NCBI GenBank assembly: GCA_029856105.1
Contig: JAHQWH010000193.1
Coordinates: 32,001 to 96,000 of the forward strand
Origin: Promethearchaeia archaeon
GTDB lineage: Archaea; Asgardarchaeota; Lokiarchaeia; Sigyniarchaeales; SOKP01
Direction: 5' to 3'
Length of the DNA: 64,000 nt
This document shows positions 28,315-38,800 of this stretch, in pieces. Every line of letters starts with the position of its first letter. Positions within the stretch are counted from its first letter, which is position 1. A program made the position numbers and the translations under genes. The notes below the pieces were generated by a model that saw only the letters and a program-made list of their open reading frames with translations, made no database searches and was not told the DNA's origin.

Positions 28315-30948
28315 TTAGTTAATTAAATCAATTCTCTCGTCTTTTTCTTTAACAACTAATTTAATTAACAATATTCCAAAAACAGTTGGAAGAATTCCGA
28401 CACCTATTACTGCAAATAAAATAAGTTGACCCATATTCTCAAAACTCACAAATAAAAATAGTTGTCCAACAGAATCTATGAGATAGTGCGCAATTATGCT
28501 AGGTATTATACTCTTAGTTTTGAGAAACATGTATCCGAAGAGAAACCCTAATAGAGCCGCGTATATTACTTGTAAAATTGTTAGAACCAAATATCTCCCA
28601 ACTAATAAATTAACAAAATGAAATAATCCAAATAATACGGATACTATTATCCACGTTGTTCTTTGAGAATATCTCCTTAAATTTAATTTAGTGATTACAC
28701 CCCTAAATGCTACTTCCTCCCATATCCCTGGAATCAACATTATAATAAATAAAAACCATCCAAAGAGCGCAATACTAGAACCAGGGGTTCCAAAAATCAC
28801 CTCTAAATCAAAGATATAATGCCCGAAAAGATTAGCTGTAATATAAGTGCTAATGAAAAATATAATAGAACATCCAATTCCAAGCATGATATTGCGAACT
28901 ATTTTATTATCAAATTTCAACCCAATGTTTTTTACGAATTCTTTTAGAGATTGTTTTCCCTCTGGAAGATTTAAGGAGCGTGGAACAATTAATAACCAAA
29001 ATAATGCCATTACTCCAAAAGTGACAAAGAAATCAAAAAAGAGTAACGCAATAAAGGGGATATCTACGAAAATATCTACGATAATGATTAAAGGTAATTC
29101 AATAAATATTGGTAAAAATAAGAATCCCGCATATAATAACAATAGAATTCCTGTACCAAAGATAGGGTATTTTCTGAAGCCTTCCCTTATACTTATCATT
29201 ATCTTCTTTCCTAGTACTTTTGGAAACATGCCATTAAATGAAATTAGTAAAATGCCCAAAGAGAACAAGCCCGCAATAAAAGTTACTAAAAACATCAAAC
29301 TGGCACCGTAAAAAATTAATAATATGCCCCCTAAGACGTTAAATGCTAAGTAAATCAAATGTAAACCAACTCCTATTATAATCCATTTAATTACTTTTTT
29401 TTCTGGATTAACTTCCTCAACAACAAATTTATATTTCATTCTACCGAAAAATCGAATTTTCAATTGGAACATGGATAATAGCAATGTTAATACTACTGGA
29501 TACCATGCAATAAACGACAGCAAATAGTTTAAAAATTCGGGATTTCCAATAAACAGAAAAATCGGTAGGAAATAAGAAATCGTCTGAATTGAACCCAATA
29601 AAAACAATTTCGCTTTAGCTTGGTCGCGAGGATTAATTGGTAAAGATGAGAGTATTGCCGCCCCAGAATCTTCCATATTTAAAAATGCTGAAGTAAGCAT
29701 CATTGAAACCATGGGTTGGTACATAGTTAGAAAAGACCAAATTACAATATAGTCTTCATAATAAGAAGCGCCTAGTCCGCTTGAACTCATCAAAAGGGGA
29801 ATTAAAGTTATAAAAGGGAAGATGAAAGGTATAATTACAAACATAAATGTTTGCATATCTCTTGTCGTAGTAGATAAATCCTTACGAATATAAGCTTTTA
29901 TTGGGGATCGTGATTCAATAAGCACTTCTATTTCTTTTTCAGGTTTTTTTTTGGAAGTAGTCTTTTTTTTTGTTTCAAGTGCGGCTGAAGAAGTTACTAT
30001 CCGCATTGACTTTAACGCTCTTTTATAGGCGAATCGGGTTAATAATATGGAGAGCGCGACTCCTAAAATAGTAGTAATCCAAAAAATAGCAGAAAAACTC
30101 GTTGGTTCAATAGCCAATGTTAATAAATTAGTTGATGCAAAAGGAAACGGGATTAAACTCATAATGATTTTTACTATAAAGGGAATTTCAAGTGAAGCGC
30201 TTAAATAAAATAATTCACTCGAAACAGTTATTATCCATTGAATAAAAAACGAAGCGGAAAATATTACGATTACATAACTCAACATAGTAAATATACGGAT
30301 AAGTGTCGCCTTCTTAGAACCTGCTTCGCTAACTTTTAATACGCGACTAATCCTTTCTGCTATTAAAACCAGTACGCTAAAAGAAAACATAACGTTAATT
30401 ATAGAAACAAATGCAGCAATTAAAGCCAATATTATATTTAGAGATATGATGAACATTATAACAGGAAAAGCAAGAGTCATAGTTATAAGTCCGATATCTA
30501 AATTGCGAAAAACCGTCATAAATCCTAATTTCCTTAATTTATCCTTAGAGATGGGTAGGGTCTCGTACCACCTAAAAGCCTCTCCAGACATCATAGCCGC
30601 AATACTGAACATCCCCAACATTGTTAAATATAATAATTGCATAATAAAAAATGCTCCAAAAAGAATACTTCCGGGGATTAAGACCGAATCTGCAGAAATT
30701 AGAGGATTGCCAAGGGCGTATTTAGCTTCTAGATAAGTACTTATTGGTAAAAATGAGATAGATAAAAACAATCCTGAAAATATTATTTTGATAGCAATAA
30801 CTTGTTGTTTAATAGATTTTTTATTTTTTTTGTATTTCTCCATAAGGCGGGCTTGGTTAGCTCCAGAAGATTGAACCTGCCCCTCCATCGTGATCTCTAA
30901 ATTAGTGAATTTAGCCAGTTTATAGAGCGTTAAATCCTTTTCTGTCAT
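28315..30948 (-). CDS. ABC exporter permease fused to C-terminal CPBP protease (copy 1)
   Basis: Multi-TM N-region (LPISK, YIRKDL...RD); C-terminal EEVAFRG, FGLFH, HYLID. Confidence 0.82.
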   Translation of the reverse strand: MTEKDLTLYKLAKFTNLEITMEGQVQSSGANQARLMEKYKKNKKSIKQQVIAIKIIFSGLFLSISFLPISTYLEAKYALGNPLISADSVLIPGSILFGAFFIMQLLYLTMLGMFSIAAMMSGEAFRWYETLPISKDKLRKLGFMTVFRNLDIGLITMTLAFPVIMFIISLNIILALIAAFVSIINVMFSFSVLVLIAERISRVLKVSEAGSKKATLIRIFTMLSYVIVIFSASFFIQWIITVSSELFYLSASLEIPFIVKIIMSLIPFPFASTNLLTLAIEPTSFSAIFWITTILGVALSILLTRFAYKRALKSMRIVTSSAALETKKKTTSKKKPEKEIEVLIESRSPIKAYIRKDLSTTTRDMQTFMFVIIPFIFPFITLIPLLMSSSGLGASYYEDYIVIWSFLTMYQPMVSMMLTSAFLNMEDSGAAILSSLPINPRDQAKAKLFLLGSIQTISYFLPIFLFIGNPEFLNYLLSFIAWYPVVLTLLLSMFQLKIRFFGRMKYKFVVEEVNPEKKVIKWIIIGVGLHLIYLAFNVLGGILLIFYGASLMFLVTFIAGLFSLGILLISFNGMFPKVLGKKIMISIREGFRKYPIFGTGILLLLYAGFLFLPIFIELPLIIIVDIFVDIPFIALLFFDFFVTFGVMALFWLLIVPRSLNLPEGKQSLKEFVKNIGLKFDNKIVRNIMLGIGCSIIFFISTYITANLFGHYIFDLEVIFGTPGSSIALFGWFLFIIMLIPGIWEEVAFRGVITKLNLRRYSQRTTWIIVSVLFGLFHFVNLLVGRYLVLTILQVIYAALLGFLFGYMFLKTKSIIPSIIAHYLIDSVGQLFLFVSFENMGQLILFAVIGVGILPTVFGILLIKLVVKEKDERIDLIN

Positions 30949-30962
30949 AAAAATGAATCACC

Positions 30963-31760
30963 TTATTTTTTGGTGTTTTTAAAAGATTTTCGCAATTTTT
31001 TAACAATTTCGTTGACGCTCGTATCTTGTTCTGTCAATCTTAAGAAAACGTCTTCTAAACTCGCACCTAACTTGTCGGCTTGCTGTCGAAGTTCGTCCAT
31101 CGTTCCAATTCCAACCAATTTTCCCTTACTCATTATTGCTATTCGGTTACATAAATCTTCTGCTATTTCCATGATATGGGTAGAAAAAAGAACGGAACCT
31201 CCTTTCTCAATATGTATATCCAATATTTCTTTAACAACTCTTACGGACTTCGCGTCAAGTCCTGCCAAAGGCTCGTCTAAAATTAGTAAATCTGGGTCGT
31301 GAAGAATTGCCGAAATAATTTGAATTTTCTGCTTATTCCCGTGGGATAAAGTTGCTACTAATTGTTCGTAATAATCCAAGGCTCCCAAACTTTCCAGATA
31401 CTCTTTCGCTCGCTCTGTGGTTTCCTCTGCGTCTAATCTACGAATAGAAGCTATAAAATTAAACAAATCTTTAGGCGTGAGGGATTTGAATATGAGGGGC
31501 TCTTCTGAGACATAGCCTACTCGACTCTTAATTTGGACCTCATCTGTTTCTGGGTTTAAGCCCATTATAGTTATATTTCCTTCTTTGGGCTCTAATAACC
31601 CTAACAACATTTTTAAAGTAGTTGTCTTACCCGCTCCGTTCGGCCCTAAGAGCCCGAAAACTTCACCCTTTTTTACGTCAAAGGATATTCCATTTACTGC
31701 TTTAACATCCCCAAAAAACTTTTTCAATTCGTTAACAGAAATCATAACATTATCGTTCAT
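30963..31760 (-). CDS. ABC transporter ATP-binding protein (copy 1)
   Basis: GPNGAGKTT, LSHGNKQK, LILDEP, STH. Confidence 0.95.
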   Translation of the reverse strand: MNDNVMISVNELKKFFGDVKAVNGISFDVKKGEVFGLLGPNGAGKTTTLKMLLGLLEPKEGNITIMGLNPETDEVQIKSRVGYVSEEPLIFKSLTPKDLFNFIASIRRLDAEETTERAKEYLESLGALDYYEQLVATLSHGNKQKIQIISAILHDPDLLILDEPLAGLDAKSVRVVKEILDIHIEKGGSVLFSTHIMEIAEDLCNRIAIMSKGKLVGIGTMDELRQQADKLGASLEDVFLRLTEQDTSVNEIVKKLRKSFKNTKK

Positions 31761-31793
31761 TCTTTATCACTCTAACAAAATTATACAAAATTT

Positions 31794-34436
31794 TTAATAT
31801 TTTTTAAATTGTAAATCTTTTTTTTTCTCTTTCCTAAAAAGTAATTTTATAAAGAGAATATTTAAAATTGTTGGGATTACGCCAACAAACCCGATTAAAT
31901 ATATTCCAATAATAAATATATTTTCTATATAACAGCTCATCAAGATTAGACCTACTGTATCAATTAAATAATGATATATGATAGATGGAAGCAGACTTTT
32001 AGTTTTTATAAACATATATCCCATCGAAAAACCAATTAAAGTCGCGTATATGACTTGAAATACTGCTAATAAGGGATCTAGTCCTGATAATAAAACAAAT
32101 GTGAGATTAGGCGCATGTACTAATCCAAAAATTACGCCACTAATTAGAATCGATATTATTTGCTTATATTTTCTTGAAAGGAGGGGTAAAATAACACCTC
32201 GAAAAGCTACTTCTTCCCATAATCCTGGTCTAATCATAAAAATCCAAATAAACCAACCAAAACTAGCGACTCCAGGAATCAAAGGGTTTGGATCTCTAAA
32301 TAAGAATTCAGGGGTCCAAATAAAAGTTCCTAAAAGATTAGCGCCAATCCATACAACGATACTAAAAATTGCAAAAGAAACTAATCCAATAAGGAGATTT
32401 CGGCCTAAAGGTTTAACCTTAGTTAATCCGATTGTTCTAAAATAATCGCTAATCTTTTCATCTCTACAAGGTAATTTCAACCCCTTTGGAACTACTAAAA
32501 GAAATAAGAGTATTAGAAACCCCTCTATGAGAAAAAATTCAACAAATAATATTCCCACAAATGGTAGCGTTAATAAAAACGGGAGAAAAATAATCTCAAT
32601 AATACTTGCGAGATTTAGAAAAATTGTAAATAATACTAATACTACTAATCCACCTAGAATCGGTTTGTTTCTTAATAACCCTCGTGTTTCAAATAATGGT
32701 AGTTTGTCAGCCTTTGGGAACATTTTTGAAAAAATATAAACAACCATTGATAACCCAACCAATCCTATGATAAACAACGCTATTATTGAAGTTGTAATCC
32801 CTACACTAACGAATAATGTAAAACCGATAATTAATATAAATATACATATAGCTACATCAGCACCAATCATCAAAAGCCATTTCTCTATTTTATGTTTTTT
32901 ATTTACTTCCTCAAGAACATATTTGTATTTCATTGTACTGAATAATCGAATCTTCATTTCGAATACAAATAGTAGAAACATCCAAACAATTGGTAAGCTG
33001 CTTAGAAATAGGATTAGAACTATAATCGATTGAGTTAGAATCGTTAGAAGTGTAGCCATTAAAATTAATGAAATTCCTTGGATAATTAGCATCAATATTA
33101 ATTTGCCTTTAGCTTGGTCGCGTGGTAAAAGGGGCAATGAAGCAAGAGTGGATGAACCTGATTCTTCAAGATTTAATAATCCTCCAACAAGCATAAATGG
33201 TATAAATTGACTAGCCACCAAAATAATTGCCCATAATATCATAATACTAAAGGTAGATGATACTTCTCTAGTTATTACAGTTTGCATCGAAAGAACCATA
33301 ATTATAGGATAGAGAAGAGGCATAAGAATAAAAATTAAAGATTGATAATCCCGCGTTGAAGATATTAAATCCTTACGAATATAAGATTTGACGGGAGACT
33401 TCGTTTTTATTTCAATTTCAATAGTTTTTGTTATTGTCTTAGATTTCTTTTTTTTCTTAACAGAATCTTTTTCAATAATGGCTACGCTATTTAAAGATTT
33501 TATAGCTACTTTATACAAAAGAAAAGCGATTACTGCTAGAATTGCCGTTCCTATTAGGCTTGATATCCATAAATTTAGAGGAACTTGTCCCGGCGCTAAA
33601 CTTAAGCCAACTAAATAGCCGGGCGCAAACGGTAAGGGAATAAAACTCAATATTATATTTAAATCCATTGAGGGCGGATTTATACTAAAATTATCAATAA
33701 GAGATACTATAGAATTCATTCCAAATTGTAAAACAAAACTTGAGCCAAAAGCTAAAAGAAAAAACCCCATCATAGAGACAGTTCTTAAAATATTTGCTTT
33801 TTTTGATTTTCCACTTGATTCAGAAAAAAGTCGGCTAAATCTCTCTGCAACAAAAATCAAAATACTTACACCTAATATTGTAATGAAGAATGATGATATA
33901 ACACTTAAAATAAAAGTTAAAAAACTCTGAGTTATTATAAGTAAAACAATTGGAAAAGCAAAAGTCATTACAATTATCGGGGCGCTTAAATTTCGGAATA
34001 ATGTCATAAATCCTAATTTTTTTAAATCATTTCGAGATATTGGTAAGGTTTGTAACCATTTGAAGGAGTTACCTGACATTAAAGAACTAGTGGTAAACAA
34101 CCCAAATAGAAAGATATATAGGATAGATATTGTTAAAAATATCCACATAAAAAAACTATAGAGAAAGATTTGTCCTTCTATAGGGTATGAAGGATATATC
34201 CCCTCGGTAATTTCAAAATATAAAATAATTGACATAAATGGCATGAACATCATAACGAAAGCAGAAGCAAACTTTAGCGCAATCGATTGATTTTTTATAT
34301 ATTTATTATTTTTCTCAGACTTTTCAAGTACTTTAGATTGATGAGCACCAGAAGAAGCTAACATAGAATCCATAATCATCTCGTAATTAGTGAATTTTGA
34401 TAGTGAGAAACAGCTTAATTTCTTCTTATCTTCCAT
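31794..34436 (-). CDS. ABC exporter permease fused to C-terminal CPBP protease (copy 2)
   Basis: Paralog of 28315..30948; EEVAFRG, FGLVH, HYLID. Confidence 0.82.
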   Translation of the reverse strand: MEDKKKLSCFSLSKFTNYEMIMDSMLASSGAHQSKVLEKSEKNNKYIKNQSIALKFASAFVMMFMPFMSIILYFEITEGIYPSYPIEGQIFLYSFFMWIFLTISILYIFLFGLFTTSSLMSGNSFKWLQTLPISRNDLKKLGFMTLFRNLSAPIIVMTFAFPIVLLIITQSFLTFILSVISSFFITILGVSILIFVAERFSRLFSESSGKSKKANILRTVSMMGFFLLAFGSSFVLQFGMNSIVSLIDNFSINPPSMDLNIILSFIPLPFAPGYLVGLSLAPGQVPLNLWISSLIGTAILAVIAFLLYKVAIKSLNSVAIIEKDSVKKKKKSKTITKTIEIEIKTKSPVKSYIRKDLISSTRDYQSLIFILMPLLYPIIMVLSMQTVITREVSSTFSIMILWAIILVASQFIPFMLVGGLLNLEESGSSTLASLPLLPRDQAKGKLILMLIIQGISLILMATLLTILTQSIIVLILFLSSLPIVWMFLLFVFEMKIRLFSTMKYKYVLEEVNKKHKIEKWLLMIGADVAICIFILIIGFTLFVSVGITTSIIALFIIGLVGLSMVVYIFSKMFPKADKLPLFETRGLLRNKPILGGLVVLVLFTIFLNLASIIEIIFLPFLLTLPFVGILFVEFFLIEGFLILLFLLVVPKGLKLPCRDEKISDYFRTIGLTKVKPLGRNLLIGLVSFAIFSIVVWIGANLLGTFIWTPEFLFRDPNPLIPGVASFGWFIWIFMIRPGLWEEVAFRGVILPLLSRKYKQIISILISGVIFGLVHAPNLTFVLLSGLDPLLAVFQVIYATLIGFSMGYMFIKTKSLLPSIIYHYLIDTVGLILMSCYIENIFIIGIYLIGFVGVIPTILNILFIKLLFRKEKKKDLQFKKY

Positions 34437-34437
34437 T

Positions 34438-35244
34438 TTAACCCGTCTCCTTGATTTTTTTCTTATATGACGCCCTTAACTTCTTAACAATCTCTTCTAC
34501 GGAAGAATCTTGTTCAGTTAATCTAAGAAAAACCTCTTCCAAACTCGCACCCAATTTATCTGCTTGTTGTCGAAGCTCGTCTATAGTTCCAAGTCCTACT
34601 AACTTACCCCTGTTTATTATTGCTATACGATCGCACAAATCTTCTGCGATTTCCATGATATGGGTAGAAAAAAGAACGGAACCTCCTTTCTCAATATGCA
34701 TATCTAAGATTTCTTTTACTACCCTAACAGATTTAGCATCAAGTCCGGCTATTGGCTCGTCTAAAATTAAAAGCTCTGGTTCATGAAGTATAGAGGCAAT
34801 AATTTGCATTTTTTGCTTGTTTCCGTGTGATAATGTAGAAATCAATTGTCCATAATACTCCACAGCGCCTAGGCTTTCTAAATACCTTTGTACGCGTTCT
34901 GTGGTTTCCTCTGCGTCTAACTTACGAATAGAAGCAACAAAATTAAACAAGTCTTTAGGCGTGAGCGATTTAAATATAAATGGCTCTTCTGACACATAGC
35001 CTACTTTCTCTTTCATTTGAACCTCTTCACGCTCTGGATTTAAACCAAAAATACTGATATTTCCTTCTAATGGTTCAAGTAGTCCTAAAAGAAGTTTAAT
35101 TGTAGTTGTTTTCCCAGCTCCGTTTGGGCCTAAAAGACCGAAAACTTCACCCTTTTTTACATCAAAAGAAATACCATTAACAGCTTTAACCTCACCAAAA
35201 TACTTTTTCAAATCTCGAACGGAGATCGTTAAATTATCATTCAT
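34438..35244 (-). CDS. ABC transporter ATP-binding protein (copy 2)
   Basis: GPNGAGKTT, LSHGNKQK, LILDEP; close paralog of 30963..31760. Confidence 0.95.
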   Translation of the reverse strand: MNDNLTISVRDLKKYFGEVKAVNGISFDVKKGEVFGLLGPNGAGKTTTIKLLLGLLEPLEGNISIFGLNPEREEVQMKEKVGYVSEEPFIFKSLTPKDLFNFVASIRKLDAEETTERVQRYLESLGAVEYYGQLISTLSHGNKQKMQIIASILHEPELLILDEPIAGLDAKSVRVVKEILDMHIEKGGSVLFSTHIMEIAEDLCDRIAIINRGKLVGLGTIDELRQQADKLGASLEEVFLRLTEQDSSVEEIVKKLRASYKKKIKETG

Positions 35245-35499
35245 TTTTAATATTTCCTTGAATTTTAAGTTGAATATTTAGGTAATAATCTTAATTTAAC
35301 TTAACTTTTATTAATATATTTTTTAATATATTACTATATTTCTTCAATATATAAATGTTATGACTAATGTTTTACCTTTATAAATTGACGTTCTAACAGA
35401 GGAACAATATAATATATGAGAATATATTACAATATATAAAATAACAACTTAGGATTTCAATATTGATATTACTGAAAATTAGGTTTGATAATTTATGAT

Positions 35500-36444
35500 T
35501 TATTTTTCTTTTTGCTTAACAATTATAACGATCGATACGACAATGATAACAAGTCCTATTAAATGAAAGATTGTAAATAGTTCTCCTAAAAATAACGTAG
35601 CAAATATCGCAGTAATAATTGGCGTTGGCGAAAAAAGGATTGTTGCCTTCGAAACATCTAAATATGAGAGCGTTTTGTACCAGCAATATAATCCCGCCCC
35701 ATAAACGGTTCCCATTGAGATGTAATAGAATTGGTTGATTGGTACAAATAATAGGCTAATATTCTCGAAAGGAAAGAATAGAAAATAAGTAGAAAATAAA
35801 ATAATACCACTCAAAATATTTCTAATAAAAACCATCTGAGTCGGAGTAGCTTCATTTCGAACAAAAACCGGCTTAGTAATTGAATGTCCAAACATCCATA
35901 AACAAGTAATAAATAACATAATCAACACGCCACTCAAGATATCTAAACTAAAAGTTAAGAGATTAAATGATCCTTGCGAAATAGCAAGGATTAACCCAAA
36001 AAATAAAATCGTTGAAAAAATTATTTGTACTTTAGTTATCCGCTCTTTTAAAATTAGAAAACCAAAAATCAAACTAAAAAAGACTGTTGTTTTTTGAGTA
36101 AGAGACCCATTAATTGCTCCTGCTAATTCATATCCTATAAAAAATAGTAGTTGGTTAAAACCAAAGATTATTCCAATAAATAGAAAGAGCCAAATATTTT
36201 TTCTCCAGTTTTTAATCATGGAATTGGTATGATTGGTACTTGCATTATTATTCTTAGCTAGATTCACTTTTTTCTCTATAATAATTAATGGTAAGAAAAG
36301 CGCTGCTTCTACTAAACAAGTCATTACGGCGAAAATGTGAGCATCAAGCGCAACTGGGCGGCTGTTAGCAATTATTGGTTGAAAACCTACAAAAATATTC
36401 CCAATAACCCCGAAAATTAAACCTTTCTTTAAGTTGGTGTTCAA
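35500..36444 (-). CDS. EamA/DMT family transporter
   Basis: About 10 TMs, LKERIT and FLGE motifs; paralog of 37725..38699. Confidence 0.88.
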   Translation of the reverse strand: MNTNLKKGLIFGVIGNIFVGFQPIIANSRPVALDAHIFAVMTCLVEAALFLPLIIIEKKVNLAKNNNASTNHTNSMIKNWRKNIWLFLFIGIIFGFNQLLFFIGYELAGAINGSLTQKTTVFFSLIFGFLILKERITKVQIIFSTILFFGLILAISQGSFNLLTFSLDILSGVLIMLFITCLWMFGHSITKPVFVRNEATPTQMVFIRNILSGIILFSTYFLFFPFENISLLFVPINQFYYISMGTVYGAGLYCWYKTLSYLDVSKATILFSPTPIITAIFATLFLGELFTIFHLIGLVIIVVSIVIIVKQKEK

Positions 36445-36562
36445 GATATTTAAGATAAGGTATAAAAAATTAAAAAGTTTTACAACTAAAAAGAGTAGAA
36501 AAGTCTAAACCTCGATATAAAGAAAAAATACTATTAAATATTCCTATGTTGAAATATTAATT

Positions 36563-37723
36563 ATGAATAGTTTCGAACGAATATGGGCAGCTTTAAATCT
36601 CGAAGAACCCGATAGAATTCCAACACATACGATAAATATCGATGGTAATGTTGCTGATAAGATCATAGGTCGTCCAGAAAGAACTGCGTTTGATGTATTT
36701 GACGATTTGGAAAAACAATACCCAGATGATTGGCTTGATAAAATCAATTCTATCATTGTCGATATTGAAATATCTACTTTTTCGAAAGCAGTTAGAGCGG
36801 GGTATGAAATAGGGTTTGATGGCGTTGGAGTACAATATATACCATTCATCTTCGAAAGTCAGACAGAACTGACGGATGTATTTGGAAAGAGACATAAAGT
36901 AAGAAATATTGATGGAAACCCTTATCCAGATTATTATGGAGGATACATTAAAAATCGAGATGATTGGGAAAAATATCCTAAGCCAGATATGAAACAGGAA
37001 TTTAAAACTGCTAAAAAATTTTATAAAGGAGTTCTAAGAAAGTGTAGAGATATCAAAGACGATATTTGTATTATAGCTCAAAATGCTTTAACGTCAGTAT
37101 TTCCACCTGTATGGCAAGGCATGGGAATGAATAACTTTGCTCGCGCTTTAAAGAACGACCCAAAATTAATTGAAGAACGTTTTCGATTTTGCACTGACTT
37201 CGTCTTGACCGTTTTTAGAGCGTATTCCGATTGTGGTGCAAAGATTTTTCTCGAAGGAGGGGACATAGCACATAAAGGAGGTCCAATGATGAGTCCAAAA
37301 TACTTCAACAAATATCTTTTACCACGATACCAAGAAGTTTCAGAAGCTATACATGATTGGGGCGGGAAATATATATTACACACAGATGGTGACGTTACTT
37401 CTCAATTAGATTTTATTGTTGAATCTGGTTTTGATGGCCTCCAATGCCTCGAACCTCCTTGGGTTGATCCTTATTTGGTTAAAAAGAAAGTTGGAGATAA
37501 ATTATGCTTATCTGGAAACATTGATACAAAACATATCTTAGTCGATGCTACTAAACAGGAAGTAGAACAAGCCGTGGCGAATGCGATAAAAGCAATGGGT
37601 AAGGGGGGAGGATTTATGATATCTCCGGCTAACTTTCATCCAAACATGACAGTTGATCGTTTAAAATGGATGATTGAAGCTGCTAATAAATTAGGCGTTT
37701 ACCCCTTACATAATATTGAGTAA
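36563..37723 (+). CDS. Uroporphyrinogen decarboxylase / MtaA-CmuA methyltransferase superfamily protein
   Basis: EEPDRIP, DIAHKGGPMMSP, HTDG, CLSGNID, GGGFM. Confidence 0.85.
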   Translation: MNSFERIWAALNLEEPDRIPTHTINIDGNVADKIIGRPERTAFDVFDDLEKQYPDDWLDKINSIIVDIEISTFSKAVRAGYEIGFDGVGVQYIPFIFESQTELTDVFGKRHKVRNIDGNPYPDYYGGYIKNRDDWEKYPKPDMKQEFKTAKKFYKGVLRKCRDIKDDICIIAQNALTSVFPPVWQGMGMNNFARALKNDPKLIEERFRFCTDFVLTVFRAYSDCGAKIFLEGGDIAHKGGPMMSPKYFNKYLLPRYQEVSEAIHDWGGKYILHTDGDVTSQLDFIVESGFDGLQCLEPPWVDPYLVKKKVGDKLCLSGNIDTKHILVDATKQEVEQAVANAIKAMGKGGGFMISPANFHPNMTVDRLKWMIEAANKLGVYPLHNIE

Positions 37724-37724
37724 A

Positions 37725-38699
37725 TTACTTTTTCTCATCAAGCATAAGATTCTTTTTTAACTTTTTTTCTCTTACAATCATGTAAATTGAAATTATAATA
37801 ATAATCATGCCTATTAAATGGAAGATTGTGAATATATCGTCCAGAATGATCCAAGCGAATAAAGCTGTTATAATTGGTGTTACTGAATTTATTACGCCAG
37901 CTTTTCCTATTTGTATATAAGATAAAGTTTTATACCAAAGAAATAAGCTTACACTGTAATCTAGTCCCATCAGAAGATAATATATGAAATAATTAGGGTT
38001 GAATACAATATTTATTCTGTCTAGAGGAAAAAAAATGAAATATGTAGAAAATAAAATTATTCCACTTAACAGACTCCGGATAAAAACTACTTGAATAGGG
38101 GAGAGCTCATTTCTGTCGAATCTAGATTTAGTGAATGTGTGGACGAGAGTGAACAAGGCAACATCTATCAGTAAGATTAGAACTCCAACATTAAATTCAA
38201 GCAAATTAAAAGATCCCTGTGTTATTGCAATATATACTCCGAAGAATAGAATTGCGCAGAATAGAAGTTGAACTTTTGAAATACTTTTTTCTTTTAAAAA
38301 TATGTAACCAAATAATAAAGCGAAAAAAACTTCACTCTTTAAAGTTAGTGAGCTATTTATTGCCCCTGCAAGGTCAAAACCCACAAATAATAGCACAGGG
38401 ACGATTGAAAAGGTAATTCCTATTATTGCAAGAAACTTTAAGTTGGTTTTCTTTTTCCATCCGTTTAACAAGGAATATAACTTTTCATTTGAGTTTACAT
38501 CTATTGACGATTTTAGTTTGTGTCTTTCAAGTACAAACAACGGAAAAAAGATTGTAGCCATAATTAAAGCTGTTACTGCAGCAAATATGTAAGAATCAAT
38601 AACTGATGGTCTAGAATTGGCAATAATCGGTTGAAGAGAGATCCCTAATACACCAATTGTGCCACAAATCAATCCTTTTCTTAAATTATAATTTTCCAT
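37725..38699 (-). CDS. EamA/DMT family transporter
   Basis: About 10 TMs; shares QPIIANSRP and WYKTLSY with 35500..36444. Confidence 0.88.
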   Translation of the reverse strand: MENYNLRKGLICGTIGVLGISLQPIIANSRPSVIDSYIFAAVTALIMATIFFPLFVLERHKLKSSIDVNSNEKLYSLLNGWKKKTNLKFLAIIGITFSIVPVLLFVGFDLAGAINSSLTLKSEVFFALLFGYIFLKEKSISKVQLLFCAILFFGVYIAITQGSFNLLEFNVGVLILLIDVALFTLVHTFTKSRFDRNELSPIQVVFIRSLLSGIILFSTYFIFFPLDRINIVFNPNYFIYYLLMGLDYSVSLFLWYKTLSYIQIGKAGVINSVTPIITALFAWIILDDIFTIFHLIGMIIIIISIYMIVREKKLKKNLMLDEKK

Positions 38700-38800
38700 T
38701 TGTCGTTTGTAAATTCAGATTTAATTGATACTAGTTAAAAAATAGTCTCTTTTTAAAATTTAAGTAATTAACAATTTAAACAAAAGAAAAGTAAAAAAGA

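Larger units (their letters stand above)
28315..35244 (-). repeat. Tandem duplication of a ~3.45-kb ATPase plus permease-CPBP unit
   Basis: Units 28315-31760 and 31794-35244 have the same gene order; identical nucleotide blocks occur in the ATPases (e.g. ttccatgatatgggtagaaaaaagaacggaacctcctttctcaatatg). Confidence 0.9.

Noticed and set aside
30970-34786. Similar plus-strand ORFs 30970..31302 and 34451..34786
   Set aside because: Their similarity only reflects the duplicated ABC ATPases on the opposite strand.
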